From Yuukianura sp. NJ FZ-2021 (Eukaryota), in assembly GCA_046563655.1 (NCBI GenBank), contig CM102287.1:5146001-5210000 (forward strand): 64,000 nucleotides of DNA. Direction: 5' to 3'. The notes beneath the pieces are model-generated. The model was not told the DNA's origin and made no database searches. It saw only the letters and a list, made by a program, of their open reading frames with translations. This document shows, in pieces, positions 36,401-48,400 of this stretch. A program made the translations under genes and the position numbers. The number at the start of each line of letters is the position of its first letter. Position 1 is the stretch's first letter.

Positions 36401-39400
36401 CCGAGGAACAAACTGAGGAGACAAACACAAAAAACTAATTGTCACGGGTGATTACGCACACCCCAATTTAAAAACAGCGTACAATTTCAGTTTACAAAAA
36501 GTAAACAATTCTAAAATAGGCAAAAATACTTTAATATTTGAAAATTCAAATTTTTCAAAAAATCAAAATAAGTCAAATACTAGCGAAAGTTACGCTAGTA
36601 AAGTAAAACAAAATTTAAATAAAATCAATTATTTTACGGAATCCGTTCCGGAAACCTCTGTAGAGGGCACTAAAGTGCAAGTACCGTTCAGAAAATGGCG
36701 GTACGGTCCAAAACTTTTTACCGAACTTACGTTCGGTGACAAAACTTTTAAAATTCAAGTTGATGAAGGAGCTAACTTTAGCAGCATCGGCTTGGACTTT
36801 CTGAATGACCTCAAAGGTCAAATTCACAAAAGATACAAAATTCCACCTGTCATAGTCAATACAGCCAACAGCCAAACAAGCATAGATGAAATGGTTGAAT
36901 TGAAGTTCCACTTCAACGGTGTTCTCACAATTTGGGGATTTCACATAATGAAGGGACTCAAGCCAAAAAAATGCTACTTGGGACTGATTGGACTACAAGA
37001 GACTTAAATAAACAGGAAATTACAAATATTGATGATGAAATACCAATTAATAATTGTCCTAAAAATGAGGAAAAGCCTCAACCAAATAAATTCAAACTGA
37101 CAAAAACAGTACGGCTTCAAGCCAGAATGACCTCCAAGGTCGCTGTTAAGTCAGAGAAAATTATTTCCGGTTCAATTATTATGAATCCCAACATGACACT
37201 TTATGAGACACAGGCCTTACTTCAACCTTATGTCTATTCAATTGTTAGGGATCATGAAACCGAATTATGGATTACAAATTTGAATGACTTTGAAGTGACC
37301 TTGAACAAAGGCACAACAATTGCTTATGGCGAAATTTGTCCACCAAAGAAAAACATTTATTCATTTACTGAAGATGGCGACACCATCGATTCAGGTGAAC
37401 AAACTTTTGGAAATTTTGAGCCAAAACTAGGAGACAATTTGTCCAATGATGAGAAAAAAGAAATGAGAAATTTGATTAATCAATTTCCAACGCTATTTGC
37501 GGAAGATGAGACCGAATTAGGGAAAACAAGCCTCGTTCGTCACCAAATTGACACGGGCACAAATCCTCCAATTAGGAATTATCCCTATCGAGTTTCCTAT
37601 CCACAAAGAAGTAAAATTAAGGAAAAAATAAATAAGCTTCTTGAAAGTGACATTATCGAAGAATCAATTTCTCCTTGGTCATCTCCAGTAATACTCGTTC
37701 CTAAAAAGGACGGAAGTTCAAGACTGGTGATTGACTATAGAAAATTAAATGCGATTACCAAGAAAAACTCTTATCCATTGCCTAGAATGGACGATGCATT
37801 GGACAGACTGTCAGGTGCCAAGTACTTTACTGTACTAGATTTGCTATCTGGGTTCTACCAAATTGAGTTAGACCCAAAAGACAAAGAAAAAACGGCATTT
37901 ATAACTCCTGACGGCCTTTACCAATTTAAGAGACTACCTATGGGACTCTGTAATGCTCCATCTAGTTTCCAATATTTAATGGATTTGGTTTTATTAAACT
38001 TGAAATGGAATATTGTACTCGTTTATTTGGATGACCTTGTTGTTTGGGGAAGAACTTTTGAGGAGCACAATTCTAGACTCTTCACTGTTCTAAACCGACT
38101 GAAAGAAGCGGGCTTAACCCTAAAAATCAGCAAGTGCATTTTTGGAACCAATAAACTTAATTATCTGGGCCATATTATTTCAGAAAATGGAATTCAAGTA
38201 GATCCGGATAAAACAATTGCAATTGATAATTTTCCAATTCCAAAAAATCAAACCGACATTAAATCATTTCTGGGAATGTGCGGTTACTATAGACGCTTCA
38301 TCCAAAATTTTGGTAGAATTGCAATCCCCCTCACTCTTTTAACAAGAAAAAATCAAAAATTTGACTGGGGTGAAAAACAAAATGAAGCCTTTCAAAAATT
38401 AAAATCATGTCTGGTCAAAAGTCCAATTTTGTCATACCCAATGGACAATGTCCCAACGGAAGTGCACTGTGATAGCAGTGGGTATGGGATCGGGGCAACC
38501 CTGGTCCAAATCCAAAATGGAAAACCCTGCGTCATAGCTTACGCTAGCCGAAGTATGACAGAAGCGGAACGAAAATATTCGGGACCCGAACAAGAATGTC
38601 TAGCAGTAGTCTTTTCTGTTAAAAAGTTTAGGCCATACATTTATGGAACCAAGTACACAGTGTACACTGATCACTATGCCCTAAAATGGTTGTTTTCCAT
38701 TAAAGATGTAAATAGTAGGCTGGCTAGATGGTCAATTACACTGCAAAATCAGGACATGACTATTGTACATAGACCAGGGAAAACTGCGAATGACGTTGAC
38801 CCCTTGTCACGTTACCCAGTTGACCCACCAGAGAGCATGGACAGCTCTGAAGTTCTTGTTTTGGATGGCGTCCCTGACTTGTTTACAATAAACGAATTAA
38901 AAGTCAAACAGAGATCTGACCACTTTCTAAAATCGATTATTCTTTACATTGAGTCCGTGGAAAACGAAGAGTATAATATACCTCAACCTAATGTCAAACA
39001 ATTACAGGACTATAGTTTACAAAATGGAATTTTATTGTTTCCGAATTTTGCACCTTCAGGCAACCAATGGAAAATTGTTGTTCCAAAATGCTTAAGAAAA
39101 GCTGTTTTAGATTCTCTGCATTGTGGAGATTTAGCAGGCCATTTTGGAATTACGAAAACTTGGGAATCAGTCCGAAGTAGGTTTCATTGGAAAGGAATGT
39201 ACCGTGATACAAGAAAATATATCTTAGGGTGTGAAGTTTGTCAGAAATTTAGGAAAAGAATTGGTCCTGAGTATGGTTTGATGCAAAGTTTTCCTGAGGT
39301 GACGAAACCCTTCGAAAGAGTGGGAATTGATTGGATTGGACCCTTTGTAAAGTCAGAAAATGGCAACAAATATGCAATTGTTTTCATTGACCACTTCACC

Positions 39401-42400
39401 AGATACTCAGAAACTGTTGCCGCACCAAGTGCGACAGCAGAAGAGGTGGTAAAAGCCATTAAGTCCAAGATTATTTACACTCACTCTCTTCCAAAGGAAT
39501 TTGTGGTTGATAGAGGAAGACACTTTACTGCAAACTTAGTAAAAGCTGCAGCAGAAGAATTTAGCTTTAAGCTAAAATTCACAGCTCCATATCATCCACA
39601 AGCCAATGGAATGACAGAAAGATGCAACAAAACTGTCAAGAAAATTATTGCCAAAACGGTTGATGAAAACCACAAAAACTGGGATTTATGCTTAGAGCAA
39701 GCGACATTTGCTTACAACATTAAAAAGCATTCATCAACTGAATTTTCCCCATTTTATTTGGTTTTTGGTAGAGAAGCAGTTTTACCGATAGATTTGCAGC
39801 TTCCGAATTTTAATTCTGACCAAGAACTAGATTTTGAAGAATTAGAATACAATAGACACCAAGCTCAATTAAAATCCAAAGAAAATCATGAAAAGTCAAA
39901 ATCCCGAGTCAATAAGAATAGGCATCAACATGATTTTCAAGTTGGCGAACTTGTTTTAAGGTCAAAACCTATTAAAAAGAAAGGCCTCTCAAAAGCGTTC
40001 ATTGCGCAAAAAGATGGACCTTACAAAATTTTAAAACAAACAAGTCCAGTCAATTACGAAATTAAAAAACTAAATAGTAAGTCAAAAAAAAGTAATTGTG
40101 CATGTCAGAGATTTAGAACATTTTAATTCAGAATTTATGCCCAGCTCTGACAGTGAAAGTAGCGAAAGTGAGTTCACTGATGAGCTCAGCTAAAAAGTGA
40201 AATCTCAAGATAAGCACAAAGATGCACCAAAAGTTTCTGTTTCATCGCCATTGGGAAGAGAGAAGAAGCAGTCAGTGAGTACAGCAACTCCACTCGCTCC
40301 ACTCATTCTCATGCACGATCAGCTGAAACTTCTGATTTTAAGTCACCAAAAAGTTACAAAAGTAAACATTCAAATCATAACAAGAGTATTTCCAGTAGGG
40401 AAATTAGCGGACATTCGTCCAGGTCATTGCCCAGACGAGTAAGTCACGTAGACTCAGACAGTGACAGTGCTGGTGATAGTGAAGTGATTGACCTCGACCC
40501 TATAAATAGGACTGAAAATGAAGGAGACGACTTTGTCTCAATTTCATCGTCCTCCGAGGAAGAAATCTCTGCTCCACCATCTCCTCCACCAAGGGTCACT
40601 GCCCCTACCAGAAGATCCACACGTACAAGGAAGGCTCCAGACCGCTACGGTGATTGGCAGTATGACTAGTGAAATTGACATGGACACAGAGGAACAGCTT
40701 CTTCACATTGATGAAGACAATGGTAAGTTCATTTTCTTAAACTTAGATTCCTCTTTTGTGTCAAAGGTCAACATTTCACTGTTAATCATATTACGTCCTG
40801 CCTGTGACACTCTGTGCAGTGTCATGCAATGAACGGTCATTGCACCTTTCTACATTTTCTGAAATCAACATTCACTAATATTTTCTTTTCTTTTTCTAGG
40901 TAATTCCGTCTCCGAGCATCTCCTGTCCACTCCGATGTCACCGATGTCCGTCAACACCACTTCGTCCACCATTCCGGTTCCCATTCCGTCTACTTCAAAG
41001 GCTCCTTCCGTGCCTCTACTCATCAATTGCAACCCGCCTGATGGGAAGACGAACTTTGACCGGTGGAGGATTCCTAAAAAACAAACGGTGACGACGACAT
41101 TGCCATTGACCGGAGATACACGGGAGAACCATAACCAAACAACTGCGCCTGTCAGACGACCCTTCAACTTCATGCGGATGTCGACTGCCCTGCCTCCACC
41201 TGCTAGACGACCTAACTTCATTCGTCAGCCCCAGCAGAAGTCATCTGGAAAACCAGTCGTGGTCCTAGCCGATGTCAAAGACCTCAAGGCAGCCGTCGCA
41301 TCCATGACATCTCAAACCCCCCAACGACGTCGTCCTCGTCGATGCTTCTCCTGTCACCGCTACGGTCACAAGGCCAAGGACTGCTTAGTTCAACGACCCC
41401 GACTCGCGATCTCAGGAGAGTCGCTTCCCTAAGGAGGGTAGGATGTTGTGAAACAGTCAGTTTTCCATAATAACGAAAGTTCATTTGAGTTCATAGTCAA
41501 ATTGTCATTGCTAAAAATAGATCATTGTTAGACTTTTCTTAACAAACACAACGTGCGTACAACTTCTCTTTTGTTGTAATTAGAGCTTTTGTCTACAACT
41601 TGTCTTTTGTTGTAATTAGACGTTAAGCCTACAAATGATTTCCATACATACAAAGTAGGGTAGAATTCGACTTTGTTTTACTCCGCTGGTTTCCGGCTGA
41701 GACCCTATAAAAAGGGCTCAGTCCGGCCAGCAAGATTCATTCTGTTTTCTGCTCTTGACCTCTGGTCAATAGGACTTAGTGTCCTAACTCTCATGCCTTG
41801 TCACAAACTTTGTCCGTTGAATAAAGTTCATTAACCTTTCATTATTGCAAAACTGCAAAGAACAATAGTAGTGGAAGATTTGTTTCTTTTATTTAACCAT
41901 TTCACTACAATGTTCTTTCTTTTCTTAAGTTTTCATCGCAGTTTCGTAATCTACCTGTAGTACCACACTAAATCTCAAGTTAAAGGAAGATTTTTTGCTT
42001 GAGTTTGAATTTTGAATTTACTTTTGCATGCACTACGGCACTGCCCGAATGACACTTTACGGATGTCAAATCGAAATTGTATCAAATATCATGCGTAAAA
42101 AGATGTGCCAATCTAAAAATTAAGACTTTGAACTTAACCTAATGTAGCCTACGGTAACGACTAACCTAAACGGAAGAAGCAAAAAGTTGACACTTACGGA
42201 TTCGATGGCTTTGTCCAGCCGAATGATTTCTTCCTGGAGGAGGTGCAGTGTCCCTGTTTTTCCACGGTGTCGAGCAAAGGCTGCTGCGCAGGCCCAGTGA
42301 ATGCTGTGAACCCAACTTTCCAATTCAACTTGACATGGAGCCTGAAAAATCGAAACAACAAAAATAGAAATTTTAAATTTCGAAAAACATCAAATGTCAA

Positions 42401-45400
42401 AGATCAAATTTTGAAATGAGGTCATGTTCTCTGTTACCTGGAACAAATAGGCATCCCCAAAGGCAGTGCTCAGACAAAAGATGTAGTCTCTCTTGGGATG
42501 TTCTGGAATGGGTTGCATAATAGCACCATCGACAATTATCAAATGCTTCGGAGCAGCTTCTACCGATCTAAAACAATTTCAAAATACATATTTTAAGTTT
42601 CAAATTTCAAATTTTTCAAAATTTCTAAATTTACCTGGATTCTCTAGCATCGCAAGGATAGAACAGAAGCGTCGTTCCTTTGAGACAAACCCAGTAGCCC
42701 TTCCATCCCCGACGTCTTGCAAGTTCGACTTGATGCCTTTTCCGAAGCATCCATTTCTTAACACTCAAAAATCTGAAAAACAAGAAAAAAAAACAAAATT
42801 TTAATTTCAAAATGCAAAAAGAAGATGAAAATTCTGAGTTTGATAGCGTGCTCCTTCGATCGCTTGAGGGAATTAGAACATTTTAGAAGAGAAAGTAATC
42901 AAAGGAAAGTTTGTTCCTTTTAAATTATACATAGAGGGCTGAGTAGTAGTAACTATAAGAAGAGTTCTTGCAGCCTCCAGCTTTTGAACCACAGACGTAG
43001 TCGAGTTTAACCAAAAACTTTTCCAGAGTGTGTACTTTCACTTTCAATATCTGGTAAAACCGTCAGGAAAATATTAGTTTACACAAAATTTAAAACCGCA
43101 TTTACATTGTTCTACCGTTTCCATTTATTATGGTAGAAGGGAAACATCAATCTCTCTTGAATATGCTTACAGCAACCATCACTGCGCACATCTTCTCAAG
43201 TCATTCTGCGCATCAGCACTGAATTTCATCAGGCTCTTTTCACTTTTTTTTTTGTAAAGTACAATTTCGTGAAGGAAATGTAGGGCTCTAAACTCATTTA
43301 CTTTCTCCCTGCTGCGTTGTTACGTCTGCAGGCCATCCAGGAAAGGAAGAGTGAAGAAATTCCCGCAGGAGAAAGCAAGTTGAAGTGAAGCCCGGGAGAA
43401 AGTGGCGAAATTCCGGAATTTAATGGACAAAACCTAACTTAACAATCTTGAGCATTTTTTTTCCCCAAAATTTTCAAAAATCAGATTTTAAATCCTTCTA
43501 ACGCTCAAATTCTTTAAGACTCAGAAAATTTCAACACTTTAAGAATCTAATGAAACTTTGGGCATATTTTTCATGTCGTGTTCGTAATATGATTATTTTT
43601 ACTGTTTGAAGTTGTCTTAAATTATTCAAATTTTTTCGTTTTCTCAAAAACTAGAAACGGATCTCCTTTAAAGTTGTTTTTTTTTCCTTGAACATGAGTG
43701 ATTTTCTAATTAACTCTGAAACTTCTCACTATCCAAAAGAAAAAGTTCTGAGAAAAACTTTTCCTCAATTTTTTTTTCACGTGTAGGAATTCTAGAGGAG
43801 GAAACTGAACTGTTAGTGTTAGTAGAAAGATGAGATATTTTTGATCTTGGCGTTTCGTTAAATTCATATTTGAAGCCTCCTTTGATCAGTGTAGCGAGAG
43901 AATGTGACTTTGAAGTTTATACTTATCCTAACGGACTTTATAACACGGAAATGGAGCATTTGAAATGAAGGTGTGTGTATTCAAGGCTAAAAAGTGTCAC
44001 AAGAGCTCCTCTGCCTGTGAAAATTCATCTTCCCAAAATCATCACTAGCACACACAAGGCCTAAAGGGAAACCGAACTCAATTTCCGGAAAGAAACCAGC
44101 CTTATTCCCTCACTTTATTACAATTCCACTAAAGTTTTTTGAATTTTCAAACAAAATTCGTAAAAATGGTTCGTCAAATAATTGAAATTGGGAATAATTT
44201 AAAATGATCCAATCTCTTTTAAAAAGTTCCAATTTATTCCGGAGCTCCTCATTTTAAAACAGGAAAAGAAAGTAAAAATTCTTGAAAAAGCGAACTTTTG
44301 CAAAAATGGTTTTTCATTTTCAAAAATTCTCTTGCTATGATTCCCTAATCAAGACATCCGTCTGCCAACTTTCCTCATTAATTCATAAAAATAGGACAGA
44401 AAACTTTGAACTTTCACTTTCAAAATTGAAGCACAGCATTTTTAAAAATAGAAAAAGAAAGTTTACGTTTAGTCAGACAAAGTCTAATTCTTTAATTGGG
44501 TCTTCGAGAGTCAAGAGTCTAGAAAAGTAGTAAAACCTACGTTCAGGGATTCACAGTGTGTTAAAATCGTAGTCTAGATTTTGATATGATTTTCTCCAGT
44601 TGGATGAACCAAGTCCAACTAAAGTTCGCTGCAGAACTAAAGAGGAAAAGCAGTAAGACGAAAGTTGCTGTTGAAGTAAGGGCTCAATTCGTCTGTAAAA
44701 GACATTTTGCTTGACTGAGGACGACATTTCTCACTAGTCCTTTCCACATCAGGAGACATTTTCCCCTCCTTCAGTAACCTAGCCTAACTTCCTTGGTTAG
44801 GTTAGGCTACGTCTCTAACTCCAACGACAGTCCAAACCAGCTTTCCCTTTCCCACCAATTTTCAAATCCAACTTAGTTCCCACTTCCTACATGTCGGGAA
44901 CCAACGGAAGTGAAAGTAAAAGTGAGTGGAGAGCTTGGAAGCAGCAGGAATGGCAGGTAGACAAATAGTGAAAGGTCTTACAACACGGCGGATATATTTG
45001 ACTTAAGAGGATCACGACGAGTACGGTCTATTGTTGAAAAAATGCGGGCTTTCTACGATATGAAAAAGCGTGACAATGATTGGTTGGAGGTGACAAGTTG
45101 TACTTGTAAGGAGCCTAGTGTGATGGAGATGGATGACAGCCAACATAATTCCTTAGCACTACAGTTATTACCGCCTTTTACCAACAAATTCGAGTTTATG
45201 TCATCACTTTCTCTAACTACTGGCTACTAAAAAAAACTTAACCAGAAAACCTAATTCAATTTATGTCTTACCAAATGAAAACGCGAGATGTCATAAACCA
45301 ACATGTCTAAAAACATGACTATGAACAGCCATAACCTTAATTTGTCACATGACTACGGACAAGCCAAACTTAATCTGTCCAGAAAAAATAGTAATGCAAA

Positions 45401-48400
45401 CCCAACCTGTCAAAATCAACCAAACTTAATTAAAGCAAATACTTGTTCAGCTTAAATTAAGCTTCCTGTGTTTTTGTGACAGGTTGGGCAATGTTATACT
45501 TATAGTTTTCAGCAACTTTGCTACTTATGAACGATGGTTTTTGAATTTCGAAATAAATTATTCAAAGCGTCCGCTCTAATGAGGAAGAATGTCACCGGAA
45601 ATTGTTTCCTAGTAAAACCCAATTCCAAAAAGGCTCAAAATTTTACGGAAGTAGATGAATGATGAATTGGCAATGTCGGAAGAACTTGCAGCAGAAGCAA
45701 ACAAGCTTTCTCTTTTTCTCTGTGTCCGACAGTCTCCAATTTACATTATGCAAATCCCACCATAGAGTTATCCTCTCCATTCCTGCTTATGGCCCAACAA
45801 CCCTCGAGTGCTTCTTTTCTTCTGGCTCCAAGCACTTTCCCAGGGTTCCAAAGGCACTTTACGAAAAAGATCCTTCAAAATTCCTCATTTTCAGCATTAG
45901 GCTCTTTGCACACTTTTGTCCATGGGCCTACAGGGAGAGAGTGACGAAAAGAGCTTTCTACTTTCTCTTACAGCCAAATTATTCCGACTCATTCCCGTAG
46001 TGGCGGCAATTTTCAAAACTAACTGCCCCTAGGCCCCCGCTAAAAAATTAGACTTTGAGACTAAAAAGCGAGACTAGTGGGACTAAAAACCAAGACTGCA
46101 AAAGCTAAAGCGAGAATAGTGAAAATAGAAAATGAGAACTTACGCAGAATCAGTCAGACTAAAAAACTGGTGCTGGCAAGACTTAAGCCGAGGCTAAAAA
46201 CGAGACTACAGATCAGATATATTTAACAATACTAAGACAAACAGATTAAACCTAACATGGTGAGACTAAATACCGAGACTAGACCGATACTAACAAACTA
46301 ATATCCATGTCGTAGCAGAAAAGATGCTGTCAAAAACACAAACCATGTTTAATATCCCATTCCTGAACCTATTTCTATCCCGTCGAAATCATTAGCTCTG
46401 CACACCTAAAAGCGCGTGCGACAGAAATTTCGAAATTCACAAAAACATGAAGCAGTATATGACGTAGGTTGTTGTATTCTGTTTCTGCTTCAAAAGAGAA
46501 AATGAGTGAGTCTCCAAATGAGGTCCATAACTTAAGCATAAGAAAAGCAACTCTTCAGGGGCAGAGTGTCATTAGGAACGGGAAAATCCACTTTCACTTT
46601 CCTATTGGCCCCAACTGAGAGTAGAACAAAAGGTTTAATTTGGCGCCTTGTTCTTCCACCTGGGAAACTTACTTGGAATAGCAAAGAAGAAAGTATCTAC
46701 TAAGAAAGTGACGGAATAGAAAATGGTTCAGTTTTCTCCTCTTTTGTTCATTTCTGGAGAAAGAGAAAGACTCCTGTGTGTTTCTTAAGAAAGAAGATTA
46801 TAAGTTTCTACTTTCTGTTTCCATCTCGTTAGGACTAATCATTCCTCATAGGCAAAGGAGAGATTAGAAAGGAGGAGAAAGTTGGGAAAAGACGTAGGAG
46901 GGAGTAACTACAAAATGAAGATCTCTAGAGACTGAAAAGACTCTGGAACTGCTCGTACAGGTACATAAAGAAGCTCATTTTACAAAAAGAAAAACTTAAG
47001 TTTTGTTCTTCATTAATTCAAAACTAAATTAAGGAGAAAGGCTTTGTAGCAACACGGAAAAATTACGACTTTCTCCAATTCATTAAACTACAATCATTAA
47101 AATTACTTTTCCGAAATTTGAATTAAAATTGAACCCAACATCGTAAGACATATTTCATCAAAATTTTATGCATTTTTTTTTGTTAATTTTGTGAAAAAGT
47201 GAGTTTGGACTTACCCAGCTTTCCTAACAGCACCAGTGCAGTTGAACGAGGCAGCAGACTTGCGTGACCCCTTGGGTGAACTTGTTCCGTCTCCCGGTTC
47301 GTCGTCGCTAACAGCCGTCGTCAGTGACATTCGCTCATCGTCACTTATCTACACAAACAAAAGGAAATCAATCAATTACTTTCTCGACACACGAACTCCA
47401 TTTGACTCTATGTTTACCCTAGTCGTTCACTCTTTCCCCCAAAACCTAACATGAAACGAACAAACATAGCCTAACCATAGGAAACCTTCAAGTGTTGAAA
47501 ATTAAGTTGGCTCAATTTCCGCCTTTTCCAAATGAACTCTCATATGACTCGACCACGCCCTTTCCATTTTCCATTTCACTTCAAAAGTTCAAATTAGAAT
47601 CGCTGGTAGGAAACACCAGGCTAATTTGGAACATGACTAGAAGGGGAGAGGTCAAATTGACAGAAAACGAAACGAAATGAAACTTTTTGGAAAATCCCCC
47701 CTCCTGCTTCCCTTTAATTGAATTTTGATAGGATTTCAGTGGGGAGAAACATTCAGAGACAGAAAGTTTTTGGAGGAAAGTCTAACCCTAACCTTTTCAC
47801 ATTTGGAAGTCACAAATCATTTGAGAACGGGAGAAAGTTTTTCAAAAAAGTGTTCTCGCTAGTGCTACTGACGCAGTTCCAATGTACACACCCCTTGGAG
47901 TCTACGTTGTCTTGGTGGTGTGAACAAAGCAAAAGTTCAAAATTTCGAAAACCCCAGAAACGGAACCGCGGAATCCACAGGACCACTTTCCAGGTCCAGG
48001 CTCTTTACAGATCCAAAATTTTCTGGAACCGCAAAACGCGCCGTCAGTAGCAGCAGCTTTTAACAGAAAGTGAAAACCGAAAGCGCGTGAACGAGTGTTT
48101 CACTAAGAATTTAAATTAGAAGAGACTTTAACTTTCCCGGAAAAGCAGAAAGTGGGGAAAGCTTGTTTTCGAAAAACCGAAAGAGGGACGACCCGTTTAG
48201 AAAAGTTAATCCAATAAATTTGAAAATTTTGAAAGTGATTAAAACGGGGGCGAAAGCATAAGAGTTTTCCGAGTAATTCTCTTTTTGAGCACTAAATTGC
48301 CCATAAAATCTTTCTCTTTTAAACGTGAATCCTGAAATTACTTTCATCACTGCGCTTTATTTCGCCTCCCTCTCGTTAATTCTAAACTTACTCAGAGTGT

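Larger units (their letters stand above)
35059..41909 (+). mobile_element. Full-length Ty3/Gypsy LTR retrotransposon
   Basis: 466-bp LTRs (TG...CA) with no difference seen by eye; 4-bp TSD ATGT; PBS-like TGGTGGCA at 35527; PPT AAGGAGGGTAGGA 41431-41443; order gag-PR-RT-RH-IN. Confidence 0.98.

Noticed and set aside
40865..41484. ORF3 as env, or antisense ORFs of the Gypsy element
   Set aside because: ORF3 has no signal peptide or TM segment; the minus-strand ORFs are shadows of ORF3.
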